Origin: Antedon mediterranea
Taxonomy: Eukaryota > Animalia > Echinodermata
Assembly (NCBI RefSeq): GCF_964355755.1
Contig: NC_092671.1
Coordinates: 36,652,304 to 36,716,303 of the forward strand
Direction of reading: 5' to 3'
DNA length: 64,000 nucleotides
Part shown: positions 40,886 to 54,174 of the stretch, one piece after another
Layout: each line of letters begins with the position of its first letter
How positions within the stretch are numbered: position 1 is the first letter of the stretch
Notes under the pieces: model-generated
Told to the model about the DNA's origin: nothing
What the model saw: the letters and a program-made list of their open reading frames with translations, nothing else
Database searches by the model: none
Made by a program: the position numbers and the translations under genes

Positions 40886-42221
40886 AATAGTTGTACTATG
40901 CCAAAACCAGTCTACAGTATTATAGCTACCTTGATTGAATAAATAGTGGGGACAAAAATATGGGCGGTCAGTTTTACTGACCAGGTCAAAGTTTACAACA
41001 AAATGTTCAAACATAGGGTAAAATCATATTTAGAAAGTCATGCAAGGATTATTTCATCTTTGCTACTATTTGTAATATAGTACTTATAATGTGGTATATA
41101 GCTTATTGTTGAGTGCTTCAAGGATAAGCCTACCATATCTGTACATATTGTATCGTTAACAGCTGGTTATAATGTTATTTATTAAAAACATGTCTTAGCA
41201 ACCATAACAGGCTTAATATACAGAGAGCAATGTATTAGCTTAAAATGCATAGTTGTACAACTGCATATTAACACAGGGTTATTAATGCTTGCCAGAAAGC
41301 GGTTAAAAGTTCCCCGATGTCTGTTAACCCACACTTAAGTATGTAGTTTGGGTTAAGAAATGCTCACATTAACTTCGGATTAGCTTTGCAGGAGATTTTC
41401 TTAAATTGCCTGTATGTGTAAAAATGCACATTTTATTTCAGGCAAAGTAGGAATTATATATTTATAGATTTTGCAATAATATGTAAAAGGAATGCTGACA
41501 AGTGACATAAAGATGGAATTAGGGTATTAATACAGTTGAACCCATATTAATGAGACACCTTCTAAACATGCCAATATGCCTTGAATATGGATGTCCCTTT
41601 AATATGGGTAGGTTATAATGTCAAATATATCCCTTGTCTATTTTGTGCTTTACTTACCTGGATAAAAACCGAATTGGCCTATTTTCTCCAAGAAGAGAGC
41701 TACAGCTTGAATACATCAAATTTTATGAAACACACCTATTAGATAATGGTACATTCCATGAAACTTAATAGGGTTGTCCCTTTAATAGGAGTGCCCCAAA
41801 GAAGGGATTTTACCTTAAATACTCTACAGCAAGTTCAGCAGTAACATTGACTAAACTTCAAACATTAATATATTTTAATATTTTAAAAATAGTTTTGTAA
41901 CAAATTCACATATTTTGAGGTTTTTTGCTTGAAATCTCCATTAATATCTATATTTAGGTTTTGGTGTAGAGAATGGTTTTTTTTGTATTTTGCAATAGTT
42001 AATGATACACATTGAGCTTTAGTTTTAAATCTTTCACCCATAACATATTACTTTGTTCTAATACCTGCAAGCAAAGCTTTAGTGCTTAGGGCTTTAACAC
42101 ATTATAGACTTAATGCTGTAAGTACATCCCACTGAACCTTAGTATAATATCCAACAAAGCTGCAGTCATTCTGGACATAAAGCATTTCCACTGACTGTAA
42201 ACAAATCATTCGTAAACCTTA

Positions 42222-42348
42222 AGCTCTGTCTACACTATCAAACTTTATGTGACAACAAAATGTGAAATATGGACATTGATGTCATATCACTACCATATTT
42301 GGGAATATCACTTATATTTAGGCACATCACACTTTTTAATAGTATAGC
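42222..42348. mobile_element. MITE family M, internally deleted
   Basis: Left TIR intact, eroded right end. Confidence 0.75.
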
Positions 42349-43209
42349 TTTAGATAGGGATGACTGATTTTACAATTTACCATTTTTTACTGCTTGTTTA
42401 CTTGATTTAAAAGTGTGGGTTTTCTCTATTCAATGTCAAGTGACAGTTCCTCTTTATAAATCCGCAGATCTGATTTGGAACCGAACCTGCAAACACTGTA
42501 CCAAACAAGGAACAGTTGTGCCATTATAATCCTTGAGTTTATTGTTAATATTTCAGTAATTTCTGCTGAATGTCTAAAAGTACAGTTGTTCCTACTGTGC
42601 TCTGATCTTGCCATAATCTCTATTTGATGGTTTATAGCCTAATCATATGGATTAATGTTAATCCCTTTTAAATGGATTTAAATACTGTACTATGCTTATT
42701 GATTATTAATCCCCTGTAATACACAGTAGTACAGATTGCGATAATGATAGCTAAAAGAAAATGCTATTTAAAAGCATTTAAGACAAAATACAGTAATAAG
42801 AAAATTGTGACAATTTACATGCTAGTGAGATGAACTGCATTCCTCAAATTCTCCTACTTTAAAGCAAAATAGCAAGACTCACTTACCCATGTTACATACT
42901 TTAGCTTGCTAGCATTCCACAACACTAGCAACTTTTACCTTTGTCAAAACATTGCGTTCTAGGAAAAAAAATTTTGATATATATACTGTATTTATTAAAT
43001 TTTATTCCTTCAACAATACAAGATACGCTTCTCAACGGACTGAATGTCATATAGAAAATTACTGGAACATTCCAAACATTCACAGTACATTTTATTTTAT
43101 GCAAGACATTTATGTTCAAATGTTATCAAAGCATATATCAGCACTTATACTTTTCATCATTGCATTGATGTATGTGTTTGTATCATAGAATAGCACATTT
43201 AATACTTTT

Positions 43210-44200
43210 TATATAACACCTAAATCAATTCCTGTCACATGGCGTGCAATAGTACATAGCCTATGTAAATACGCGAACGTGATTGGTTGAAACTGCATCA
43301 CATGACTACCGCTGCGAGGATCGTAAATCGTATATATCCTCGAGAACGATGATATTGACTGTGTAATTTTCGCGTAATTATCGTGTCCCCTGTCATTAAA
43401 CATATAGATTCTCGAGTACGATGATATTGACTGTGTAATTTTCGTGTGCCAACACTCGCGTTGCCGATAAATAAACAAAAGTCATCTACTCGATCTTGAA
43501 CTCGGGTGGAATTGTCACTCCATCGCAAGACAACGCTTCAACCGCTGCGCCACGTAGCTTGCTTGAAGAAATTAATCATCTAAACTATTTAAACTATGCA
43601 TACATAGCGCCCTCATTTGTTATTAGTCCACCCTAAATGTGATGAAACATTGTTTGTGATTGGTCAATACTCACGGTAGTAACCTAGTAACTAGTACGCG
43701 CTGAACATCCGGTGATTCGGCTCCTCGAAGAAGAGAAGAAGACGAATTGTTTATTCGGCCTACCTGATTATAATATTATTATTAATAGGCTTATTGATGG
43801 AAATTCTTCTGTTAATTTAAACGACCTAGGCCTAAGTGAATATTTTATTGCCAAGGAATCATTAATTAGTAATTATCTGTATATTATTCTTCTCAAGGTA
43901 AGGTGTCTAGGCAGGCTTGTTTAAATACAATACAAATACTATAGGCTATAGGAGGCCTAGCCTAGCTTCACCCAACCCAGCAGCAAACTTGTTCTTGGCT
44001 ATATAATATAACAGATATTGCCTTTTATATCGGTTAAATATAAGATTTGGCATCCCCTCGGGAATGATATTAAGTTCTCGGGGAATATATATTTCCCTCA
44101 GCTGGCGCTTCGGGAAATATATATTCCCTCGAACATAATATCATTCCCTCTGGGATGTCAAATCTTATATTTAACCTCTAAACAGTCAATATCTGTATAA
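43210..44200. mobile_element. unclassified ~1 kb CpG-rich repeat element ending in a ~186-bp hairpin
   Basis: Sharp composition change, internal 37-bp direct repeat (43339 and 43411), palindrome at 44011-44196. Confidence 0.6.
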
Positions 44201-44837
44201 TAGTACACTCATAAACATTCATTATTTGTATAATATAGCATGACCAGTAGCAATAGATTTAATATGTTTTGATAAGACATGCTGGTACTGAAATCATGAA
44301 GGTATTTTTCAGCAAGCCACCTAAATGTCATAAATTACTGATAACAGTGCAAATAAGGGTTCCTTTTTAGCATCATAATGTCAATGGTGTATTGTATTCC
44401 TGTGAAACAAACAGGGACAATTATATACGTTTAACACTTAGTTGGTTTGGTTCTGAAAGTGTCCCCATAATAGAGCTTCTACTGTAATGTGATGTAATAG
44501 TACACGGCCTAGTAAGTAACTCCTCTACCCTGGAATATGTACAGTACTATAGTTTAGTTTAGGACTTTGTTTATTGTTTACAGAGGTGAGTACAGTACGT
44601 TGTTTACAGAATTATTCAGCCTTTGGCTGCCTTCTGTTTGTACTATTTATGTGGTTTTTTTTATATGAATAAATACCTATATATATATATTTCAGACCAA
44701 AAATACTGTAAGATGAGGGCGTATCAATTTGATCTCTGGTGCGCGTGCGTACAACTGAGGACTAGTGCTGTTCCGCCGTACCACGCCGAGAATGTTAAAG
44801 AGTCGCTATCCAATCGAGTTCGAACAATACCATGAAA

Positions 44838-44909
44838 GCCCCAGTGGTCTAATGGTTAGGACATCTGCATATCAAGCAGGCGGTCCGAGTTCGAGTCTCG
44901 GTTGGGGCG
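44838..44909 (+). tRNA. tRNA-like cloverleaf, anticodon ATC (Asp-like), probably repeat-borne pseudo-tRNA
   Basis: 72 nt. Acceptor GCCCCAG/TTGGGGC+G, D arm with TGGTCTAATGG A-box, anticodon stem TCTGC/GCAGG with loop ATATCAA, T arm CCGAG-TTCGAGT-CTCGG. TTTTT follows at 44912-44916. Confidence 0.6.
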
Positions 44910-46709
44910 ACTTTTTCTCATTCTCACAGATGTCCTCATCTTTATCGTTTCAAATTAATTAATTAAATTTCAGTATATCACCAGGCGGTTTAGAATTAAT
45001 GTTCTTTGCCTGATGTGTTTATATTTTCAGACCATATATATGTTACATAAAATGTTTACTACTGATTGTTAAACAAAAATAATTGATAATAAATCATTAT
45101 TTTTTAAATTATTAAATAGAATATCAATAAAAAAGCATCATTTAATGAAGAAAGAATTTAATAATAAAAACAGTTGCGTCAAAACGCTGAGCGGCGCTTT
45201 TGGTAAGAAATATTTCTTGAATAACTTTGATTCAATGCTTTTAACAGCATGTTTTTTTAGTCAACATAATAAATTTATTCATATTTTTCCACTATTGATT
45301 TTTTACCTTGCCAACAATGTTTTTATTTGTTCACTAATAATTTTGTAGGTCGGTATTAAACTATACAAAGGGATATCATACTATAGAATTGATATCAAAT
45401 TTAATTGGAATATTTTTAAAAACTGATATTTTATACACAATGATCACTCATTTTTTTTCTAAATATAGATATTAATATTAATATAAAGAAGCAAGGTAAT
45501 AATTTAGTTTGATGCCAACTCTGGCAATGAAATAGTCTTTCTAAATATAGATTTTTTTTCAAATACAAAGTAGCAAGGTAATACAGTTTTCTGTATTTAC
45601 AATTAAGTATTAACTTAGGATGTGGTTTTAAGCATTCAGGTATATGATTTTTACAAATCTACAAGGTCTGAAGTGATCCTTTAACAACAAAAAAACAATT
45701 TTGCCATATGGTGGTTGAATAAAGATTCAATGAGCTATATTAGATTATCTTAACAAAAGTTGTATTATAATCTTAGTGCAATCTAATTATTTTGATTATC
45801 TTGGTTGAAATTATTTTAAATCGTTTTATTTTGACTTTTTGTACCTGTACAATTGCTATTGTTTATTACCAGAACTTATATACTACTTTCTTTACATCAC
45901 ACCAAAAACATTGAACAACATACTACAAAGTTATTTATTCTATAACTTAGAAACCATACTGTAGGGTACATCATAATAGCGATTTTTGGAATTTGGTGTT
46001 TGGTCACAGAAGCTATCACAGAATGAGCAGACAGCAGTATTCTGTACAGTATTAATATTTAATGACTAGAATTCTATCAAATCACCATGCACCCATCCAA
46101 TTCTACTAACCCAAATTTTCTCCAATCTGAAAAACAACACATGATCAATAATTGATGGATAATAATGTTTACGTTTTGCTCGTGTAACAAATCAACCTAT
46201 TTGTTAATGATAAATTGTCATTGATGTTTGAAATTAGGTTCAGCGTTACACAACGCTTGACTGAGTCAAGATCATGCTTGTAATTTAAGAAAAATGAATT
46301 GACTATAAATTGTTTATCCTTCACTGAGGATGACAACGTCCCTCTAGGGGATATTTGTTATATTAATAAACAAGGTGTTTAAATCTGTGCATATGAAAAT
46401 GATGAATAAGATCATTTGAGGCATGGCATCACAAAATCGGCATATTGTCGAAAATAATTATTATAATAAGATCTTCAGTAATCTATATTTAATAAGCTTT
46501 AAAATGAGTCGTTGTTTATTAAAATTGGTTTATTTAATGAAGAGTTATTAATGGAAACATACAAGTCACTTTCTAGCTATTTTGAGAAAAAGCATCATTA
46601 AGTTTTTTTAAATATTTTTGTTGTTGTTATTAAAATATATAAGTTTGTTATATATGATGAAACTGATTCTTTAATACCTACCTCTTCTCAACATTATAAC
46701 AATATCACT

Positions 46710-46747
46710 TGCACTGATGAAGGTCTAGTGTTGCCCGAAACTCTGCT
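46710..46747 (+). ncRNA. degenerate minimal hammerhead-ribozyme motif (Penelope-type)
   Basis: gca-CTGATGA-aggtc-tagtgtt-gccc-GAAA-ctc-tgc: both core boxes, imperfect stem II and short stem I. Confidence 0.4.
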
Positions 46748-47287
46748 ACTTTTTCTGGATGTCAGCTTAGCTTTTTGCTTATTTTATTTTGTATCTCGAG
46801 ATATCTCTTGAAATCTCTCTTGATACCAACAGTCATTATCATTATTTTCAGTAATTTGTATTATTAAGTGACAAAACCATCATAAAAGTTGGCAAAATAA
46901 AATACCAATTTATTTAAGCCTGAGAGAGGTGCGGTCTGAGATTTATTTATTAATAGTTTTGTTCACAATTTCTACAGAAACTTTCAATGTATTAATAAAT
47001 GGCCATGTGACACATTAGGTAATATGAAAACATGAAATACATGGACATGTGTGATGCGTAGTGTCCCCACAAGCTTCCATTGTGGTATTACCTTCCATGT
47101 GTAAATAACCAGGGGTAACACAACACAGTTGAGATAAAGCAGACGTTATAATGACGTCTAAAATAAGCAACAAGCTACTCAAAAGCATATTGACTAAAAA
47201 GTTAAGTAAGCAGCTTGGAATGGTGCTTACAAAAGGAATCGTGCTTACAAAAGGAATCGTTTGATCATCTTTGTGAGTACAGATTAA

Positions 47288-47449
47288 AGCTCTGTCTACA
47301 CTATCAAACTAGCTTAACAAAAAAAGTATGATATGGCCAAATATAGTAGTGATATGCCCAAATAGGGTTGTGATATGACATCATCGTGTCCATATATGGT
47401 CACATCACATTTTTTTGGTCACATAAAGTTTGATAGTGTAGACAGAGCT
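47288..47449. mobile_element. MITE family M, full
   Basis: Perfect TIRs, TAA TSD. Confidence 0.88.
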
Positions 47450-47939
47450 TAATGCATGTAGTCATCTTACTGGTAATCGTTTGCCCACACGCTTTGATAA
47501 TTTAGAGAAATAAACAAAGCAAAATGACTTGTTAATAGATAGGTCTACATTCCTGAAAGTGTATCATCTACGTACAATAAATAACATGAATGACTTCCAA
47601 CAAAATTGATGTAATTAAAAAGCACAGGTGTACTGTATATGTTATTTTGTTAGAATGTAGTTCGGATAGGCATGAGTGTCACTTAAATCATGGCACATCA
47701 TCACATTCTCATCATAAATTGTACAACTAACCGTAGTTATATTAAATCCAGTGTAATAATACCAGCATGGACCTGGTATATGAACATCTGCTAAAAGTGC
47801 ATTGACCTGATGAATTATTTATTCACGATATTATCACCATGATTTAACAATAGGATTAAGATTCATGTGTGTTTATAACCAGTAAGCCTATTATTATACC
47901 AAAAATGATTATACTTTAGCTGAAATATAAGTTTTTATG

Positions 47940-48170
47940 TCAAGGCTCACTCGCTCCATGATTCTGGTGGTAGAAATAGTCTTCTCTGATAAGGACAATG
48001 AACCGTAGGTCCAGTGTACACATCTCTCTCATGTGCACTTTAAAGAATCTAGTACATCTTTCAAGTGCGGGGTTACCTCGGTGTACTAGTACACACACAG
48101 CCACTGGACATAACTGGGTCTTCTGGGAAACCAGTCTTTGACTGAAGAAGTCACACATAAAATGTTTCAA
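47940..48170 (+). mobile_element. 5'-truncated copy of the Deu-like SINE
   Basis: Aligns to 6850-7090. Confidence 0.8.
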
Positions 48171-48770
48171 TTAAATTTTGTAGTGGAATATTGCATGCCC
48201 TTATATGGGTACATTTAACAACATGGAAACCTACATATTCACTGTCATTGTCATTGCCAGAGCTGCCACCATCCAGCAAATTAAGTGCAATTTATGAACT
48301 TAGTACAGCATACCATTGCAAGCTATTTACTGAATCTCATCCTCGACCATTGTAAATAAATAATAAGTGTGCACTAAACAAGTTCAAATTACAAACTTTA
48401 AGCAGCGAAATACGCTTATCGATTCAATATACACCTATCAATATACAGCTATCAACATTACTGTATATCATCCAAAGATATGAGATAATGTTAATAATGA
48501 GATTCGTGAATTTGTTTAGGATGGAAATGTTAAGCCTATATTTGTACTATACCAAATTGATACTAGTGTCAAAATCTGTATACAATTGTTTACGTACATA
48601 TGAGACGTTTCAACTTGTTGTTGCACATGTATGTATTTATTACTGGTTAATGTCAAGAATTGTATACAGATAGTTACTAAAAAACCAGATGAAAACATTG
48701 TTCGTAGTGACTGTCAATGTATTGTGATTTAGTTGATGCGTTAATTGTGTTTTTTTGTTGTATCTTTCAG

Positions 48771-48884
48771 TTACATTTAGCAGCTTTAGCCTCCCTGAAA
48801 GGAGAGATAAATGAGCTGAAACATAGATTACAATCAACTGCAATAGAAAGAGATGGACTTGAACGCAAGTTAGCTAAAGCTCAG
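48771..48884 (+). CDS. MCC: MCC coding exon, first exon common to all isoforms (phase 0 to 0)
   Basis: ctttcAG acceptor, CAG|gtttgt donor. LHLAALASLKGEINELKHRLQSTAIERDGLERKLAKAQ matches recalled MCC LHSAALASLKGDIVELNKRLQ...LEKKLAKAQ. Confidence 0.95.
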
Positions 48885-50049
48885 GTTTGTGTTGAGTACT
48901 TATAAAGCTAGATCAGTATTCCCTGCTTGACCATCATGTTGCAACGATCCCACTCTGTTCATTGACCTTAGATCTTAATTCACCCATGTGCGCACATGGG
49001 TACCACTATCCCATCTAGGGTTAATCTACCTACGAATTCAATTCAAAGTTATTACGTATTAAATACATATTTTAAAGCAATTTATAGTTCTTATTTTTAG
49101 TGTTATTCTAAAGTATTAATAACACCACTTTTAAATTGACAATAATGACCACACTCAATGTCTCAACGCATTTTTGAAAAAAATAGAAATTCTTTAATAC
49201 TCATCCTTTTTGATTTTTTTTTTTTTTTTCACAGATTACTTTTATTTTTATGTGAATAGCATAGACGCTTAATATGCATTATGCGCTTAAAAGTCCAAAT
49301 TTATTATTATTATTATTATTTATTGAAGCATTGTAGCCTAAAATTATTTTATTTAAAGAAGATAATTTTTTAAGATTTAAAAGGAGTTTCTGAAAATGCT
49401 ACCACATTCTAAATCGGTCATAATACTGAACAGATTCTGAAAATCAATTGTTGACACCTATTCTTCATGTACATACATCGTATCTTAGAAATAAGATAAT
49501 TTAAGTACTTTGAACTTTGAACATTATATTCATTAATCACACAGTAAGTTGTGTAATGCACATTAGGATATGTGGGTGACCAGAGTTCACTTGAATAATA
49601 AACAGATTTTAATTCATCTCAACATTCAATAACTAAATTATGTAAAATAATGTTGTTATTGTTAAAAAATTAAAATGTGAGCAAGGCAATAAATTATTTA
49701 AAATCTATTGCTAGCTGGCATTCAAATTGCAATGAACATTACAGAAGACATAAAACAAGACATAAAACAAGTTCAACATAGTACAGTAGAGGTTGAAATC
49801 ATATCATTTTAAAAAGTCAATACATTTCTGAATTTTACTATAATCATAAATTGTCGTTATTTTTAATATACATAAGTAGGAAAAATACAATGGTTTTTCA
49901 ATTGATTTTTGTCAAAATGATTATTCATATAATTTATTTATTTTGTTGTAAAGTCGATTGAAAGAGCAAATTGATACAAAACAATTTTTTGAAAAAAAAT
50001 TGATTTTTAAATGGTCTACATAAAAATTGTTCTTTGTCATTAATATAAT

Positions 50050-50216
50050 AGGGAACCCTCCCAATACCGGACACCAATGGGCTGGCCTAATATGTCTGGT
50101 ATTTGGAATGTGTAAATGGTAAAAATAAATTTGGGACATTTTGGACCTCAAGAAAGGTCTGGTTTTGGAAGAGTTTCCGGTTTTCAGAGATTCCGGTATT
50201 GGGAAAGTTGACTGTA
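50050..50216. mobile_element. Tc1/pogo-like MITE, one end eroded
   Basis: cccaataccgga / tccggtattggg inverted arms, ending gactgTA. Confidence 0.55.
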
Positions 50217-50411
50217 CTATTGTGTAGTAACCTATGTGAGAAATTCAAATAGATACATTATCTTCTGTAACACATAGTTCAATATAAACATATTAGGCAC
50301 AGAACATGAATTCTAAACCGCCCGGTGATATACTGAAATTAAATTAATTAATTTGAAACGATAAAGATGAGAAAATCTGTGAGAATAAGAAAAAATCGCC
50401 CCAACATGTTA

Positions 50412-50598
50412 AGCGTGGTTGCCACTAGCGACGCAAAGCAACGCAGTGACATTGACGTGCTGTATTGCGTAATCACTAGTGGGAACCGACGACGCAACAG
50501 TGCTGCAAACATTGCAGGTTTGGTTTCACGCAGGTGGGGGAAAACACATTTATTGGAAGGACATTTTCTTGCGTTGCGTCGCTAGTGGGAACCACGCT
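50412..50598. mobile_element. PIF/Harbinger-type MITE
   Basis: TTA TSD; ~24-bp TIR AGCGTGGTTGCCACTAGCGACGCAA / TTGCGTCGCTAGTGGGAACCACGCT. Confidence 0.85.
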
Positions 50599-51139
50599 TT
50601 ATATGCTTTGCTGCAGCAGTGGCTACTAACACTACCGCCTAGACACCTAATCAATCTGCAAAGTGCTCGTTGTTTTACTATGGATATCGTTTGTCATTTA
50701 AATCACAATAGGTAAACTGACTTAAGTTGTAGCATGCCCTCGGGCATTACACAACCATTTGCAATAAAGAGTAATCAACGAGTTTACGCAATGTACAAAC
50801 ATCTTAGCAGGTCTACTCAAGTTCAACTGATAATTGCAATATTGTGTGGATATCTGCGGATGGATGGTTTGCTTTGGTTAATCAAATAAATTTTAGCAAT
50901 AAATGAAAATTAAAGAATTTATCAAATGCAATAAATTATGTATTCTACAAATATTGTTTTTAATTTATCCTATTATTATTAAATAATAATGTTAGACTGA
51001 AATTAAAATTATGAAATGTTTGTCTATAAAAATTGGAAATAAAAATTTAAGATGATCATTTTATATTTAATTTATATTTATTTTGTATTGTATTCTGTAT
51101 GTATTTGCTTTTATGATCTCTGTATTTTAAGTATTTTAA

Positions 51140-51248
51140 TTGGACTGACCGTTTTATTGGGACTGGACCGTTTTATTGGGACTCGACCGTTTTATTGGGA
51201 CTCGACCGTTTTATTGGGACTGGACCGTTTTATTGGGACTGGACCATT
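51140..51248. repeat. minisatellite, 19-bp unit x5
   Basis: gttttattgggactggacc. Confidence 0.88.
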
Positions 51249-51643
51249 TTAGAGGTGTTTGTTGGCCCTATCCTTCACTAATTTGTGTTTTCCTTTTCTG
51301 TATAATTATACATTTTAATTAGTGAGAAGTTGAATAAATAAAAATAAAAAAATAAATGTATACTGTATACAGGTATACAGGTATCATTATGGAGGAAATG
51401 AGAGCTTTCATAAAAATTATGTCTAATATTAGCAATGCAAAAAAAAAGAATTATTCACAAATAAATACATTTTTGTAAATTAATTAAAAATGTTACATGA
51501 CAATATTTCTAGTCTTAATGAAGTGTATAAAACATAAATGGTATGATACATAACATCTCAACATACTGTAGTGAAGTATTGCTCTTAAACCTCTTTAAGT
51601 GAAACATATTGTAACAAGTGTCTTATTTACATATCTCATTTAG

Positions 51644-51786
51644 GTTGAGCGTTCCCGCTTAATACACGACAATGAAGAGCGTCTTGAACAGCAAGCGATC
51701 CGGTATGAAGAGCGTATTACCGAGTTACACAGCGTTATCGCTGAACTCAACAAGAAAATTGACAGAACTCATAAAGACACTATTAG
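51644..51786 (+). CDS. MCC: MCC coding exon (phase 0 to 2)
   Basis: tttAG acceptor, AG|gtaaag donor. VERSRLIHDNEERLEQQAIRYEERITELHSVIAELNKKIDRTHKDTI; RYEERITELHSVIAELNKKIDR is a recalled MCC signature. Confidence 0.96.
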
Positions 51787-52901
51787 GTAAAGATTATTAT
51801 TATTCGCGGTACTAGACGTACCATTTATTTTGTATATTATAGACAGTATTTCTTTTACAATAATATTTCTATAAGTTTAATCTAAATCATAATGAACGGA
51901 AAACGTATTTGATAAAAAATGGGTGAAGCTCTTAAACGCATTACTCTAAAATACCGAATCTAATTAGCAAATAAAACAATACAAGTAAATTATGCGGTTT
52001 AATTGATTGCCTCGCTGTAAAATCTTTTTTTTTTTATTACAATACTCAATTAATATGAGTATGTAATAACATTTGAAATTTCAATAATTTATTTATCCAA
52101 AGAGAAATTAAAAGAAAAAAATAGAATAAAATACATTAAAAGATGAAAAGACCCATCAACACAAAGCTAAAAGCTTGTACGTGTTTGACAACCTAAAAAA
52201 CCATAAAACAGTAAATACAAAACAAAAAAATAAAATTAAGTACAGTAGCATCAATAGAAATTAAGATGTATACTTGTTAAATAGATTCAACTTATATAAT
52301 TGTTTGAATTTATACTATATGTGCGAGTTTCATAAGTTAAATGTTAATATCATGTTTCATATTTATTATATACTGATTTTTTAAGATACAGTAATTAGCA
52401 GGTAGATTGGCCACTTGATATTATCTGTAATACGATAGTATAGGCTAGAGACGCAAATGTAATAATTTAGATAATTCGTCTGCACTTGTTGTCATTAACC
52501 GGCTTCTAGATTAGCGTTCAATAATGAAGACCATTTTGGGATTGAATTGCATTTTAGCAAGCGGCCTTTACGCTGTAATTGGAACACGGTATAATCAGCT
52601 GTATATAGGTTGTCTGCTGCAACACTAAGACCGAATGCGTGTTTATGTATATCTCGACTTTTGAACATTTTGCCGTCTGACAATTTGGGTTTGTAGAGTT
52701 CACGTAAAGAAGGCCATGACAACATTTTTTTCCGATATCGTACAATTGTAAATCATTTCTTAACCAATTAGTATCAATTTTCTGTCTTCTACTTGCCGAT
52801 TTATCATCAATAATTCATAATCAAATGTTTTCTTTCAATTTCGTCTTTGTATTCATTAATTGATAACGATATTACATCAAAAATAATTTTGTTTTTTATA
52901 G

Positions 52902-53011
52902 GGAAGAGGATGAATTTTCACAATCGGCATCAAGTCCTCCAAGTAATATTAGCAACAGTGGAGGCAGTTGTAGTGGTAGCTGTTTCCATGGTAGCGAATC
53001 TGTTCAAATAG
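52902..53011 (+). CDS. MCC: MCC coding exon (phase 2 to 1)
   Basis: tttatAG acceptor, G|gtaaag donor. (R)EEDEFSQSASSPPSNISNSGGSCSGSCFHGSESVQI; REEDE continues the MCC alignment and phases fit both neighbours. Confidence 0.88.
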
Positions 53012-53504
53012 GTAAAGTAGCGGCAAATCATGATCTCATGGGTTTATAATTATTGTACTTGATGACTAAATAAATGTGGAATAAATTAAATGAAATGAAA
53101 TTATCTGGTTGCTCGTTGGGATGGACTTTTTAAAGTTTAGTTTCCCGACATAATTTTTTGGCCGCCACAAGATGTCCGACAACCCATTCTGCACTAAAGT
53201 GTAACTAACAAACAAAGTCAAAGTGGATAACAAATTATGTGACATTAAAATGGAATATTCAAAAATACATCTTTAAATTATACAGTATTTATTTGAATAT
53301 ACTGAAACAGGTGTAGTATGAAAGAAGTGCTAAGTTAAATTTCTGATTTCATTGGCATTTATTATCACTTGAAATCATTTTACCCCTAACCATACGCCCT
53401 GCAACCATGTTGAGATTGTGAAGTTAACCTCAACAAAAACCTTTCATCCTTTTTTTTGTTAATCTCTGAAACTTATACCATATTTGCTGTGTTTATTACT
53501 ACAG

Positions 53505-53665
53505 ACCAGTGCAATGATTTAAATGCAGAATTAACCCGTGTGTTTGAAGGCATTGAATGCTCAATACCATCACGGAGAGACCTTCATCAACATGTGACCA
53601 GCATGGAAAGACAAGCTCAACAGCTGGAGAGTGCAAGTAAATACTCACAGCAACAAGCTATACAG
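53505..53665 (+). CDS. MCC: MCC coding exon (phase 1 to 0)
   Basis: tacAG acceptor, CAG|gtaaca donor. DQCNDLNAELTRVFEGIE resembles recalled MCC DNCSDLNSELQRVLTGLE. Confidence 0.92.
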
Positions 53666-54174
53666 GTAACAATGCTGAATAAAATACCCATATACAATAG
53701 AATACATAATATTATCTGTATTAAGAGGACACCTTCCCAACTTAGAAAGTGTCCCTTTAATAGAGGTGTAGTAGTAGTAGTATATAATGTACTTCATTTG
53801 AGGTGGTCCAAAGGAGGAAATCTACTGTATTCCTACAACAGTTTGTGGGAAAACTGTTTCTATTTATTTCCACCATATAACAACATATAATATAATAACA
53901 TAAAAAAAAGTAATTCAGTCAAGAAGGGGTGGGGGGGGGGGGGGGCAGAATAAGTCAGAAAGACTGTATTCAGTAGTACATACAGTATATAGTAGTTCAG
54001 AAAACATGTAAAAAGAAAGAGAAAAGCTTTAAATTAAATGGTGAAAAAAAAGAAATGAAAGGTAGTAATGTCACTAAGAAGGGAGTCTATTGTATGTGCA
54101 AAGATATAAATTAATATGCCATCTTTTTTAGCATTACAATTAATTATTTATTCTGCTCTTTGTCTTGTATATAG

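Noticed and set aside
44570-44592. tttacag-AG-gtgagt microexon or recursive site
   Set aside because: It would be a 2-nt frameshifting exon and has no in-frame ATG; unsupported.
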